The notes beneath the pieces were generated by a model. The model did no database searches and was not told where the DNA came from. It saw nothing but the letters and a program-made list of their open reading frames with translations. This document shows, piece after piece, positions 1-14,400 of a DNA stretch of 64,000 nucleotides (position 1 is its first letter; every line of letters starts with the position of its first letter). Location: positions 16,492,001-16,556,000 of the forward strand of contig OZ024746.1 in NCBI GenBank assembly GCA_964016885.1, written 5' to 3'. This DNA is from Eledone cirrhosa. Lineage: Eukaryota. The position numbers and the translations under genes were made by a program.

Positions 1-551
1 ACGACATCAAACTATCTTATGTGAATATTGAAAATAATAATATCAAAATATCTGATTCTAAATATAGTCATGAAACGACATCAAACTATCTTATGTGAAT
101 ATTGAAAATAATAATATCAAAATATCTGATTCTAAATATAGTCATGAAACGACATCAAACTATCTTATGTGAATATTGAAAACAATAATATCAAAATATC
201 TGATACTAAATATAGTCATGAAACGACATCAAACTATCTTATCTGAATATTGAAAACAATAATATCAAAATATCTGATTCTAAATATAGTCATGAAACGA
301 CATCAAACTATCTTATGTGAATATTGAAAACAATAATATCAAAATATCTGATTCTAAATATAGTCATGAAACGACATCAAACTATCTTATGTGAATATTG
401 AAAACAATAATATCAAAATATCTGATTCTAAATATAGTCATGAAACGACATCAAACTATCTTATGTGAATATTGAAAACAATAATATCAAAATATCTGAT
501 ACTAAATATAGTCATGAAACGACATCAAACTATCTTATGTGAATATTGAAA
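1..551. repeat. 74-bp tandem repeat, about 7.5 copies, runs off the window start
   Basis: acgacatcaaactatc recurs at 1, 75, 149 and onward. Confidence 0.95.
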
Positions 552-619
552 TAGTAACAACAAAGTATATAGTTAAAATATTTAAAATAATAACTACATT
601 AATAACAATAAGGTATATA

Positions 620-1161
620 ATGATGTCATGTTCCCACAACTGGTGCAGCCAGTCTTTGGGGTGCCACTCTAGTTATGTTTGCAGTCAATTGTCACTGGTC
701 TCTATTCTCCGTCATGCGTAGATGGGTCTCAGTGTTGTGACCAGTCTTTGATGTTGTTGGACCAGGATTTTCTTTGTCTGCCTCTTCTCCATCTCCCTTG
801 ACTGTGCCCTGAAGGATGGTTTTGGTAGGATATATGACCATACCAGGCAAGCTTCTGTCTTTTCCCCAATCTGCTATCATATTTATTAACTTGCTGCCCA
901 TCAAAGTTGTTTGTTTTGTGTTCCATGTACAGGATGTGTAGCAACCTTCTGAAGCACTTGTGCTCAAATGACTCAATTCTTTGTTCCATGTCAGCTGTGA
1001 GAGTCCAACTCTTACATCAATACAAAAGGATTGACGTCACCAAGGACTTATATAGTTTGAGCTTCGTTGGAAAACTAATTGCAAAAGTGGCCAGGGTAAG
1101 TCATGTCAGTACCTCCTTTTGAGATCTGCCATCTTTGGTCAGAGTGGACCCTAGGTACTTG
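620..1161 (-). mobile_element. Decayed RTE/BovB-like LINE 3' fragment inserted in a minisatellite
   Basis: IESFEHKCFRRLL, KLAWYGHI, GRQRKSW; tatata flanks both sides, a possible TSD within the unit aaggtatatagtac. Confidence 0.85.
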
Positions 1162-1650
1162 ATATATAGTACAAATATATACAAAGTATATAGTACAAAT
1201 ATTGAAAATAGTAATCACATTACTAACAACAAGGTATATAGTACATATTAGTACATATATTAAATGTAGCAACAACATTACTCACAAGGTATATAGAACA
1301 TATATTGAATGTAGTAACATTACTGACAAGGTATATAGTACCTATATTGAATGTAGTAACAACATTACTAACAAGGTATATAGTACCTATATTGAATGTA
1401 GTAACATTACTGACAAGGTATATAGTACAAATGTTGAATATAGTAACAACATTACTAACAAAGTATATAGTACATATGTTGAATGTAGTAACAACATTAC
1501 TAACAAGGTATATAGAACATATATTGAATGTAGTAACAACATTGCTAACAAAGTATATAGTACATATATTGAATGTAGTAACAACATTACTAACAAGGTA
1601 TATAGTACCTATGTTGAATGTAGTAACAACATTACCAACAACAAAGTATA
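1162..1650. repeat. 42-45-bp minisatellite
   Basis: aaggtatatagtacatatattgaatgtagtaacaacattactaac, about 11 copies. Confidence 0.93.
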
Positions 1651-1670
1651 TCATACAAACAGTTACATAC

Positions 1671-1751
1671 CTTATTAGAACATGACAGATATAGAACTTG
1701 TTGATCAGTTGAAAAGAGTTTTGTTGAATAAGCCACCTGCACTGCTGTTTC
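1671..1751 (-). CDS. ATP10: ATP10-like exon 15
   Basis: ccccag|[27 protein letters not shown]|gtatgt. Confidence 0.9.
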
Positions 1752-4700
1752 CTGGGGTGAAAGAATGACAAGTTCGGTTTAGAATAAATGTTAGATTAAA
1801 ATTATGTTTGGGGAGTTGTTTAGAATTATACAACCTATACAGTATTAAACTTTACACCAGAGTGGATCAACTGTGTTCACAGGAGAAAATTCTGGGGACC
1901 GAGGCCCCTTTTTATCCCTGACCCCTACTGTATTGTGTATTGTTTTATGGCCAGAATTTTATTAAAGCACCCAAGAAACCTCCTATGAGATACAACTTCA
2001 TGGGAGGACAGCTAAACCTTCATAGGTGTTAGCTGTAACAATTAAATAATAAGACTGAGGCACCCCCATCATTAAAACACCGAAGAAACCTTCAATGGGA
2101 TGCAACGTCATAAGATGCTGGCAAAACTTATACAGGGGTGAACTGTAACAACAACAATTTAAGGCAAAACCAAGCAAACCTGTTTATCGCCAGTGAGCAC
2201 CCAAATCTTGATTCCTGCTTGACGAAGGTTGGCAATAGTGTCGGGAACCCCATCCTGTAGTGTATCTTCAATACCTGTTGCACCTACAATGTTTTAAAAA
2301 TAGAAAACTGTTTCATTACAAGGTTTTAATTGTTTTGATAAAGATAAAACTGGCTCACGTTCTATAAAACAAAACTATCCATTTTAAAGGGTTCCTATTT
2401 AAAATAAATTCGTCCAACAATCTTTTAAGCTACATTATAAATATCCCCTTCATAATGAAATAATTGTTTCTACTTTTGGCACAAGGCCAGCAATTACCCA
2501 GTGCATTACTGGTACTTTATTTTATCGACCCCGTAAGGATGAAAGGCAAAGTTAACCTCGGCGGGATTTGAACTCAGAATGGCAAGTGCCATAAGATATT
2601 AGTAAATACCTCCAGATTTTTCATTAATTACCATATTTCCCGATGCCCATCAAAGTTGTTTGTTTTGTCCTCGAGGACACACCCTAATTTTGACAACCAA
2701 AAATTTGAAAAATAATAACTCCATAATTGCAATTGATTACACGATCTAATACCTTACGATAATACATATTATAATTAATTGTATCATAATACATGATTTC
2801 ATTATCTATAATCAGTAATTGAATAATGTGCTTATCAGTGTATCCCTTATCTCGAGGAAAGGGATGTAAAGATCAATACATTTTTATATTGATCTTAAAC
2901 AGCTGCAGTCAACAGCTGCAGTCAACAGCTGCAGGAAAAACATTACGGATAACAGGGTAACTTTCTAAGGAAGGACTAGGTGGTGTGGTTAGTATAAGGA
3001 CTAGAGTAGTAGACGTAATGTGGGTGACAAGATGCAAGGCCTGGAGTAGTGAACACAATATGGGTGACAATAAGAGAGATGCGAGTGCTTATGTGTAGAT
3101 GGTACAAAACTAATGAGTTCCAAGGACAGGAGTCACTGTAGAAGTGGTGGTGATGGTAGAAAAGGTAGAGAGAAGAGACAATGTTACATAGACTGGAGGT
3201 TTATGTTGGAGAGTGATGGCCAGTGATTTCAAATCAATCATTCAGCTGAACTTCCATTGAATGTTGTATCTGTTGTATGATGTCTATTTATCCATTGAGC
3301 CAAAGTTCAATATTTATCTGATGTCCTCTTATCCATTGATCCCAGTTCAACATTTGTCTTGGATGTTTCAATTTAACCAGGCTCAACCACTTTTTAAATA
3401 TTGATCTAGTTTCAAATCAGAATAAATTGTTACTTACCTAAAAGATCAAAATCTTTTTCAATATCATCTGCTGATTTCCTCAAAAGTTCCTCCTTGTTTT
3501 CAAGGGCAGCTTCTGCATTGTTATGCGACTGTAACCATCTTTGATATTCTGAATTACTGATAACCTGCAACATTATATAAACACTACAGATTAAGTTAAC
3601 CCTTTACTTACCATATTTTTAATGGCAGACACCCCATCTAAATTAATTAAAACATTTTGTGGGACTTACTAATATTATTAATTATTTCATTATTTTATTA
3701 CTTAGAGAGTAACTTAACATATAGTTCTTATATAAGATTATGCTTGAAATGTTTAATTTCAATATGAACTCTTTAAAATGGAGGGTTTTGTTTCATAAAA
3801 GCAGAATTGGTTTGGGCCAGATTGATACGATGAGGGTTAGAAGAAAATTAGAATGTAATGGTGGAGTAAAATAAAATAAAGAGATAGAACTTACTCGTTT
3901 AGCCATACACAATGTCCTCAGTCCCTGGAGAGCATATTGGCTGATGTGGTTGGTAGTGTTCTGTAATATCTTCTTGAGTCCAGGCTTCTCTGGAGTTGAA
4001 TTAGTGTTATTTGTTAGTATTTAGGAAGATACATCTTCATACACACGTTTCTGTAGAATATATGTTCTACAAACGTGTTTAGGACACTACCTTCTACACA
4101 CATGTAGAACACTATATATTCTACACACACTCACGTTTTAGACACTATAGTGAACACACATAATAACAATAATAATAATATTGCGTATAATCGAAGTTGC
4201 AGCTGTGAGTAGCAGGTTCGGAATCAATTTTTTGGAGGCTGCTACAAAGCACTCTATACATACATATATATATATATATAAAAGACTCCCAATACACACT
4301 GTAAAAGTGGTTGGTGTTAGGAAGGGCATCCAGCCGTAGAAAACCTACCAGAGACACTTCTGTACAAGTGAGGCACAGTCTCCCGACCAATCCCGTATCA
4401 AATGGAACAAAACCATCTAAACCATGCTAGCGTGGAAGATGGACATTAAACGATGATGATGATGGGGAAGAATGACTTCACTGGTGGTTGATGTTCTTTA
4501 ATAATTCAAATCTTTACAATAAGTTATTGACATGAGGTCTGGTAAGTGTGATTTTCAAACGGGTCTGTTGTGTTGAGGATGTATACATACATACATATAT
4601 ATAGAAGGAGAAGAAGGGGATCAAGAGGTCTGGGAGTAGAGCAGTGTATGAGGGCATGTACGGATGAAAGGGTGGAATAAAATTAAAAAAATGTTAAATT

Positions 4701-5435
4701 ACTAAGTTAAAATAAACATTTTTTTGTCAGTTTTTGATAATTAGGGAAGTGAAGATGGAGTGAAAATGATATTGCAGTTCTGTTGTGAAGGTCAGATAGA
4801 AATGATCTAAGTGACATTGGTGATTAAAGTGATTAAGTTGAAAAAGCAATAAACAGACATGTAGACAGTAACAACATGTAGACAGTAACAATAGACACGT
4901 AGACAGTAACAATAGACACGTAGACAGTAACAACAGACACGTAGACATGTAGATAACAACAACAACAACAGATATGTAGACAGTAACAACAATAGACACA
5001 TGTAGACAGTAACAAAAACAGGCACATGTAGTCAGTAACAAGAACAGACACACGTAGCCACATGTAAACAACAACAACATTGTGAACACAGAAAAGATGA
5101 GAGAAAAATATTTGAAAGACTAATTAATCAACTCACCATAATAGGAGGACTTTAATCTCTCCAATATTGAACAGTCGGCTCCTTTAGAATATAAGATTAT
5201 TTCACCGGTGGTTGGATGTTCCACTATCACAGACATTCTCTTACGAAAGGAATCAAAATGGAGAATATGTAAAATATTCAATGACACTTCACCCTGACCT
5301 ATCAAAACAAATAAAAATTACACTTTTTCAGATTTTAGAAAATATTTTAGTAGTTATGTAGATTATGCTGTCATAAAAAAATTATCATTAATTTCTAAAA
5401 TTTTGTTGAACTGACAATAATTACTTGATGTTTCG

Positions 5436-5467
<32 letters not shown>

Positions 5468-8400
5468 GTATATCCACTGGCATATACAAAACTTATATAA
5501 AATATTAATAACAACTAATGTTGATATCTTTCTCCACAACAGAATTAAAACAAAGAATTCTTACCTCGGAGAAAAACATTAACAGAATCCTTGTATCTCT
5601 TAAGAAGTTGACATTCATAACTCTTGGCAGCTCTAACAAGAGCCAGTTCATCAGGACTCTCTGATTCATAACATATTTTTCTGGTATAAGAATATTCAGA
5701 ACCAGCCATACTTGCTTCTCGAGACCTTGTAGTGTTCAATGAATCAATAATACTAATCATTGTACTTTGACTTTCAGATTTATTGAAAGTTGGAGAATTG
5801 GGTTGACTCTCATTCATTCTTTGACCTTCTTCATCCATCTAAAAAAGTTAAATAATGAAATCAATTTTTTTTTTAATGAAGTAAAACAAGTTTTGTCATT
5901 TTGTTTTAATCCTCAACAAGACTTTTAAGGGCCATTTTTCTTGCTAAAGTGGGGGCTAGCTTTATGGGTCCAATATTAGTCTTCATACAATGGGTGTGAG
6001 GGATGATCTTTTTAACTGGTTGAAATCCTTCATTCTCAGCCGAAAAGGGTAGTCACGGTTCTAGGACAGCATTCTTCACCATATGAGAAGTCATTTGTTG
6101 TACCACAGGGATCTGTTCTTGGTCCTCTTTTGTTTGTTGCATACATTAATGACATAGATGCCGACTTAAAGAATGTCACAGTACTGAAATATGCAGATGA
6201 CATCAAGCTGTACCTTGAAATCAAAAGGACATATCCTGAAATCTATAACTCTTTCCTACAATCATACCTGGACACAATACAGCAATGGATCACAGACTGG
6301 CAACTGAAGCTGGCTGTGGACAAGTGTACCACCATGCATTTTGGGAGGAAAAATCCAGCGTCCACATACTCCCTCCACAACACTGATATCAAGAAGTCCT
6401 CTTGTGAACATGACCTGGGCATTAGTCAGCAGCGATTTGCGTTGGACAAAGCATGTCTCTAAAATTGTCAAGAAGGCCGAGGATGTCTTGGCATCACTCA
6501 GCAAGACCTTTGTCAGCCGCTCTCCAGCCATCTAATTAAAGCTGTATACAGCTATGGTACGACCACACTTGGAATTTGCATCATCAGTCTGGAACCCCTA
6601 TCTTGCTCAGAACATTGACCTCCTGGAAACTGGTAAACACCCACAAAATTATTAACCATCTCGCCAACAACAACCCTGAGCACCTTTTTGATCTCCATGT
6701 GTCTAACACACGTGGACATGCCTACAAAGTCAGAAAACAGCACACCTCCCATGACTTTCGGAAACATTTTTTCACGCTTAGAGTTGCTGAAGCATGGAAC
6801 AAACTGCCTGCATCAGTTATTAGCTGCTAAGACACTGCATCCTTTAAAACCCTCATGCTTCCCGAAATTCGCCAAAAATACACCTGATGTCCCCCTTCCA
6901 TACACATGCACACGTGTATATCATGACTCATGCACTGTTCATTTTCCTGACGTTTGTAGATTACCATATGTAGTATACATACACTTTTGATGCGTTGTAG
7001 TGCACCTGAGCACTGTACACAATATTTTCATCATTATTATTATTATTATACTCTCATCAATAGAGTTCTTTAAGAGGCAATATTTTACAGCTTAATGCCC
7101 AAATTACCATCATATTATAGAAATATGTGGGGTTAGAAGAGCCTTGCCAGGTCTAGGGGAGCTGTCATGTCACATGAGTGAAAGGGATTAGTGAAAGGGC
7201 CTGCTTCTTGGATAGTGTGGGTTTCTTTCTCCTCATCCAGTGCATCGTGTGTATCGTGTAGGTGTGTTTGGGTGAGCACTTGGTAAACCTGAGAATTTTT
7301 AATCTGAGTCTGGGTAGGTAGAGTTTTTCATGGATTAATCTACTGGATAAGATTGATGATCAAAGCAGGGTAGCCAAGTTGAGCAGATTTATATTTCTAC
7401 ACTACGGTGTTACCACCACATATGACCATACTATGGTGTTACCATCACATTATACAAAAATGAACCTAATTTTAATAAGGTCCCAGCATTAATGTGAAAT
7501 GTGTTAAAGAGAAAGTTACCATGTCTTCATGTGGCCGATTTGAGACAACCACAGTATTACAGATGGCCAGCAGTAGGAAGAACTCATGAACACACTGGAT
7601 GTCTTCTGGAATGTCAAACCGAGTACCAAAACTGTTGATATGTTGAGAAAGCAACATATCTAACAACTGCAGTTCAAGGCCACTTTCTGTCAGCACCTGT
7701 AAAAATGTGAAAAAGAATATATAACATCATTATCATCATCATTTTTATGTTGACTTTTCCATGTTGGCATGGGCTGGACAGGACTGTGTGAATGTTTTAC
7801 AGCTGGATGCCCTTCCTGACACCAATGCATTTAGTTGCTTCTTACATAGAGACATAACTAGGGAAAATAGCACCCCTGCCCAGCACTGTTTTTTTTAACT
7901 ATGGGCCTAGTAATTTATATAAATGGTTTAATTATCCAGCCACCATCATGCTTCTCACTCATGATAATCAGAGACAGATAATACATCTGAAGAAGTTTCT
8001 TTTTTCACTCTCCGATGAAGCTTATTTGGCTTCAATAGAATGTGCTTCTAGTCCAAGTGACGCCCATGGCACATGCCATGCTTGCCATACCCTAGTTATG
8101 CCACTGTTCTTACATGTAGGTATACAGTGTATATTCTAAACCAGATTCAAATCATTGACACAAAATAAAAATAAATGTCAAGGATTGGTTTGTGTCTTTT
8201 AGATATATGTTATAAAATGTAAAACACAATGTGATGAAGATGGACAACAGCACCAGTCACAAAGCAACAGTCATGGTGAACCAATGAGAGTTAAATGAAG
8301 TCAATCACTTCACCTACCTGGGTAATATTATAAGCAGGAGTGACAAGAATGAAATAGATGTCAACAGCTGAATGTCAGAGCTGGAAAGATGGACATAGTG

Positions 8401-11400
8401 TTCCAGACACACTATCTGGTCAACCTCAGCTATCAGCACACATGTCAAGCTGTACCTTTTCCCAGCAGACACACACTGTCTGGTCAACCTCAGCTATCAG
8501 CACACATGTCAAGCTGTACCTTTTCCTAGCAGACACACACTGTCTGGTCAACCTCAGCTATCAGCACACATGTCAAGCTGTACCTTTTCCCAGCAGACAC
8601 ACTGTCTGGTCAACCTCAACTATCAGCACACATGTCAAGTTGTACCTTTTCCCAGCAGACACACTGTCTGGACAACCTCAGCTATCAGCACACATGTCAA
8701 GTTGTACCTTTTCCCAGACTGTCACAAAAGACAGACAAAAGATCCCTTAGTAACAGATATTTCAAGAGAATCTAGACACTTGACATCAGCTGGAACAGAT
8801 GTGAAAGAGCATCAGTAGATCATGTGTATTGGAGGATGGGTATCACCTATATCTGGGCCTATATCTGGGCCTATTCTCTCTATTATGACCACAAGGTGAC
8901 ATATACACATTTGATGAAGCAGAGTGAACATACAGGGAAGAAAGGTCACAACTTTTCATCAACTTGTGTTTCTAATTTCACATAACACTACACTTTTAAT
9001 TAAGTCTTTATTAGGAAATCATTAACTTTTACAGTAGTGCAGTAGACCAAAATAATAGATAAGAGTCTAGTAGTTAGTTTACTTCCTCTTGGTTTAGAGT
9101 TCAAATTCTACCAGTGTCAACTTGACTTATTTCTCTAATGTCAGTTAAATATGAGGGTAGGATGAAAATTCCATAGGCTTACTATGAAGGCGTGATATTA
9201 CTGGGTTACACTGTGTTTTGAAAAGGTCTTTAGTGAACAAGGAATATATTACTGTGTTTTGAATAGGTCTTTAGACAGCAAAGGAGGTATTGCTGTGTTA
9301 TACAGGGTTTTGAAAAGGTCTTTAGACAGCAGGGATAACGTTATCTATCTGACAATCCGTGCAAAAGAATCTAGAAGATTAGCAATGAAAGATAATATTC
9401 TCTAAAAACAATATATATCTCCTACCTATAGAAAGTGAAAATGAGTCATAACAAAACATCTTATCTATTAAATTCAATACCTTATCTTTAATGTATGTGT
9501 GTGTATGTGTATATATATATACATCTTACATACATAGAAACAATAGAAAAAAGTCAGATACACAGACACTCAGACATACCCATATATAAACATACGCACA
9601 CATGCACACAAAAATCACCACTACAGATCATACACAGCCACACACATGACACTCATACACACACAAATGTACACTCATACATAGAAATAATAGAAAAAAA
9701 ATCCCCATACACATGCATGCACGCATGTGCACAAAAAAACCCAAAGAACTCAGAGACATACTCACACACACACACACACCAGTGTGCAGACACCAACAAT
9801 GTAAGACTGAAACACCCACGTGTTCATATATACACACAGACTGAAGCAATAATGCACAGCTACCAATTTCATCCCTTCAGCACACACACAACCACATCCA
9901 CGACACTCCCTCCACTTCAACCCTTACTTTCAAATGCCAGACCTCTTGCCTACCAAATTATAGGCCACAGTTTTACACATAAATAAATAAAATTTTAAAT
10001 AGAACATATTTCAAAGAGAAGGTCAAAGGTTATATTATGTCTAGTTTCTTTTGGCTGCTTATTTATTTTTTGGCATATCATTTTGAAGCTCAACATGAAT
10101 CAATTTCTGGATTGCTTAGATGCAAGCAATTCTGATTGCATTTACATTGCTGTAGCAACAGTTCAAGATTGTGAGCATCGTTTTAAAGTAATTTATCCAA
10201 AATAAAGTGAATTCCTAGTCACTTCTTTTTCAACAGTGTGGTTGTCACTTGTTGCAGCTCTTGGATCAGCTTTCACCATATCTAACCATTCCTAACCATT
10301 CTTAACCCTATCTACTTCTTCCACAGGTTCCTTTCACTTGGATTGCTTGTCACTTCTTTACTCAACAGTGACTTTTTATATGCTGTACAGGTACTGTGAT
10401 AAAATGTACCCAGTCCATTTTGTAAAGTGGTAGTGCTGGTGCCATGATAAAATATACTCAGTTCACTCTAAATTGTTATTACTGGTGCCACAATAAAAAT
10501 ACACTCAGTCCACTCTGTAGAGTGGTAATGCTAGTGCCATTATAAAATGCATCCAGTACACCTGGTAAAGTGGTAGTACTAGTGTGATGATAATATGCAC
10601 CCTGTACACACTGTAAAGTGATTGATGAAAGGAAGAGCATCTGGATGTACAAACCATGTTGAAATAGAATATATGAGCATGGAGTGGCCCTCAATTCCAT
10701 CTAGTCTCAGAATGTGACAACCTGTCCAACCCATGCCAGCAGTGAAACAATGATCAGTCCATTAGAAATTTGTAACTAATGAAACAATGGTTCACAATTT
10801 CTGATATAAAATCAATTAATGTGTGTTATAAAAATCAATCAATACTTACTGAGCTGGTGCGACTCATATTAGAAAAAGATTGTCTAACATGATCTTCAAT
10901 ATTCACGTCGTCTTCAACTGGAAAAATAGAAAGAAGAAATTTTTAATTAATACAAATCTTATTAATTAAGGTGTTCATTATAGGAACCATCCTCAATTTC
11001 ACAGTTAAAGTAACACAGATTACATGAAGGTTAATGGCTTAGGGGTTAGGGTGCTCAGCTCATCTTAGGATCATGGGTTCAATTCCCAAACCACGCAGTG
11101 CATTGTGTCTTTGAGCAAGACACTTTATTTCATATTTCACTCAGCTGGCAAAAATGGGTTATACCAGTAATTCAAGGGGCCAGCCTTGTCACACACTATG
11201 TCATGCTGAATCTTCCTAAGAACTACATTAAGGGTTCACATGTCTGTGGAATGCTCAGTCACTTACACAGTTTCATGGGCAGACTATTCTATTGATTGAA
11301 TCAACTGGAACATTCAGAATCAATGGAGGTCAAACAACAACAGAAATTCTTCTCCAAAAATCTTTGTAAAATAATCAAACCCCATCAAATGTTACTTACT

Positions 11401-14400
11401 GGCTTTGTGGGGGTAATCAACCCCTCCAATTGAACAACACATAAAAACCATTCTATTCTCTGTTAGAGTTCCTGTCTTATCAGAAAATATATAGTCTACT
11501 TGGCCAAGATCCTCAGCAATATTCAGGGCTCGACATTCAAATGGTTTCCCCGTTTCTTCATGGTATAAATTCAAGTCCTGATTGATGAAGAATACATGTC
11601 CCACCTTTACAATCTCTATTGACACATACAGCGGCAGTGGTATAACAGCCTAGAAAATAAAATACAGACAGAGGCAATGGTATAGCAGACTATATATATA
11701 TTTAGTGAATTGGTCACAGGGTTATTTACTTTGGTAAACGCCACTGCAGGCCAACCACTAATTAAATTCGATACAGATATGAAATATGAATCTGCGAGCT
11801 ACCAAGCACCCACGTGAAGCGCCAACCCAGAGACCCTCCCCTACGAGTGTCGACAAATGCCCAAAACTCCGAGTTGGTACCATCAATGTAGGCTCAATGA
11901 AAGGAAGAGCAGGAGAAATCGTAGAAATGCTAGAGCGAAAGGAAGTTGATGTATGCTGTGTGCAAGAGACTAGATGGAGAGGAGGGTCTGCTAGAGTCCT
12001 TGTAGGAAAAAGCCAGTGCTACAAATTTTTCTGGGTGGGAAATGACGATGGGATGGGTGGTGTAGGTATACTATTAGCTGACAAGTGGGTAGATAAAGTA
12101 ATCTCAGTGTACAGGGTAAATGCAAGAATCATTAAACTCAGACTAGTCCTGAATAAGACAATTACCACAATAATATCAGCTTACGCACCCCAATCGGGGC
12201 TGCCAGACGAACTTAAGGATAGGTTTTACGAGTCCCTAATACACACTACTGCTCTAACAGACGACAAGGACTTCCTAATCATTGCAGGAGATTTTAACGG
12301 ACACGTAGGTAAACACTGCGACGGCTTCAATAGAGTACATGGAGGCCATGGAGTTGGCACAAGGAATGAGGAAGGATTCAGACTTCTAGAATTCTGCGAC
12401 GCCAATGACATGTCGATATGTAACACAAACTTTAAAAAACCCGACAACCACCTGATCACCTATAGATCAGGGGAGCACTCTAGTCAGTTAGATTTTATTC
12501 TCATCAGAGGACGTGACAGATGGACGGTCGTAAACACAAAAGCCTTCCCTAGTGAGGAATGTACATCCCAACATAGCTTAGTTGTCAGCGACCTCACGGT
12601 CAGAACTAGACGAGCCCTGAAACAGAGGCCAACCTGGAGAAGAAAGATCTGGAAGCTGAAAGTCCCCTCAACCAGTAACAGATTTAAAGATATTTTACTC
12701 AACGCCTACGACAGTAAAGAAGAACAGATAGAGACATTTAACGTAGAAGAGAACTGGGAGTTCCTAAAAAATAACTTACTAGAGGCGACGGATGAGGTTT
12801 GTGGCTGGAGTAAGACCTCAAGCAGGAGGAGAGTGACTTGGTGGTGGAACAATAAGGTAGATGAAGCAGTCAAGGCCAAGAGACAGGCATGGAAAGAATG
12901 GAAGAACGGGGGGAGCAGGGTACATTACATAGAGACCAAGAGGGAAGCTAGGCGACAAGTATACTTAGCTAGGAGGGAAGCAGAGGATAGAAAATTCAAG
13001 CATGTTTTACAACGTGAGGACCAGAAACAGGAGGTATTCAAGATTGCGAGGCAGTGTGTCAGAGATAGTTGTGATGTCATTGGAGAGAAGTGTATCCGGA
13101 ATGATAAAGGTGAGCTTGCCCTCACAAGTGCTGAGAAGAAAGATGCATGGAAGAGTCATTATGATAGATTACTAAATGAGGAGAATGCATGGGAAGAAGA
13201 GACCCTACCCCACGTAGACCCTATAGAGGGACCAGCAGTACAAGTCAGCGGCAGCGTAGTAAGTAAGGCAATCAGAGATATGAAGATAGGGAAGGCAACC
13301 GGTCCATCGGGTATAGCTGCCGAGATGCTGAAGGCATCTGGGTCTGTAGGTCACACTATAACCACACGTATCGTTAACCAGGTAATACTAGAGGGGGCCA
13401 TACCAAAAGATTGGTGCAGTAGCATCATTGTCAACTGCTACAAAGGTAAAGGCGATGCACTAGATAGAGGAAACTATAGAGGTATAAAGTTGATGGACCA
13501 GGTCATGAAAGTAACAGAAAGAGTTATAGCACAGCTGATTAGGGACCGGGTGAATATAGACGAGATGCAATTTGGGTTTGTTCCAGGGAAAGGCACCACT
13601 GATGCGCTCTTCCTTGTGAGGCAATTACAGGAAAAGTACCTAGCTAAAAGTAAGCCACTCTACTTGGCATTTGTCGACCTTGAGAAAGCCTTTGACAGAG
13701 TTCCACGTGCAGTAATCTGGTGGGCTCTTAGAAAACTAGGAGTAGATGAATGGCTTGTGAAAGCGGTACAAGCCATGTATAGGGGAGCAGTCAGCAAAGT
13801 TAGGATTGGCAATGAGTATAGCGAGGAATTTAGCGTACAGGTTGGGGTCCACCAGGGCTCTGTTCTTAGCCCTCTCCTGTTCATCATAGTCCTGCAGGCA
13901 ATAACGGAGGAGTTTAAGACCGGATGCCCATGGGAACTCCTGTATGCTGATGACCTCGCACTCATAGCTGAATCTATGGTAGAACTAGAGAATAAATTCC
14001 AAACCTGGAAGCAGGGACTAGAGAGAAAGGGCCTCAAAGTCAACATGACAAAGACTAAGGTCCTTATAAGTAGACGAGAAAACAGAACCCAGATCCCCTC
14101 AGGGAAATGGCCTTGCTCAGTATGTAGGAAAGGTGTAGGTAGGAACTCCATTCTTTGCCCCAAATGCAAACAATGGGTACACAAGAGATGTAGCGGGATC
14201 TCAGGAAGCTTAATTAAGAATGTAGGATTCACATGCAGCAGCTGTGCTGAAACAGCAAGCAAACAGCCACAGGAAACAAGTACCACCAATCTCTGGGAGG
14301 GCCCTGTAGAAACAGTAGACAGCTTCTGCTACCTAGGTGACCGAATTAGCAACGGAGGCGGGTGCTCAGAAAGTACAATAACTAGGGTAAGAACGGGATG

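Noticed and set aside
1202-1771. 126-182-aa ORFs
   Set aside because: Translations of the 45-bp minisatellite; the real exon 15 uses a different frame.
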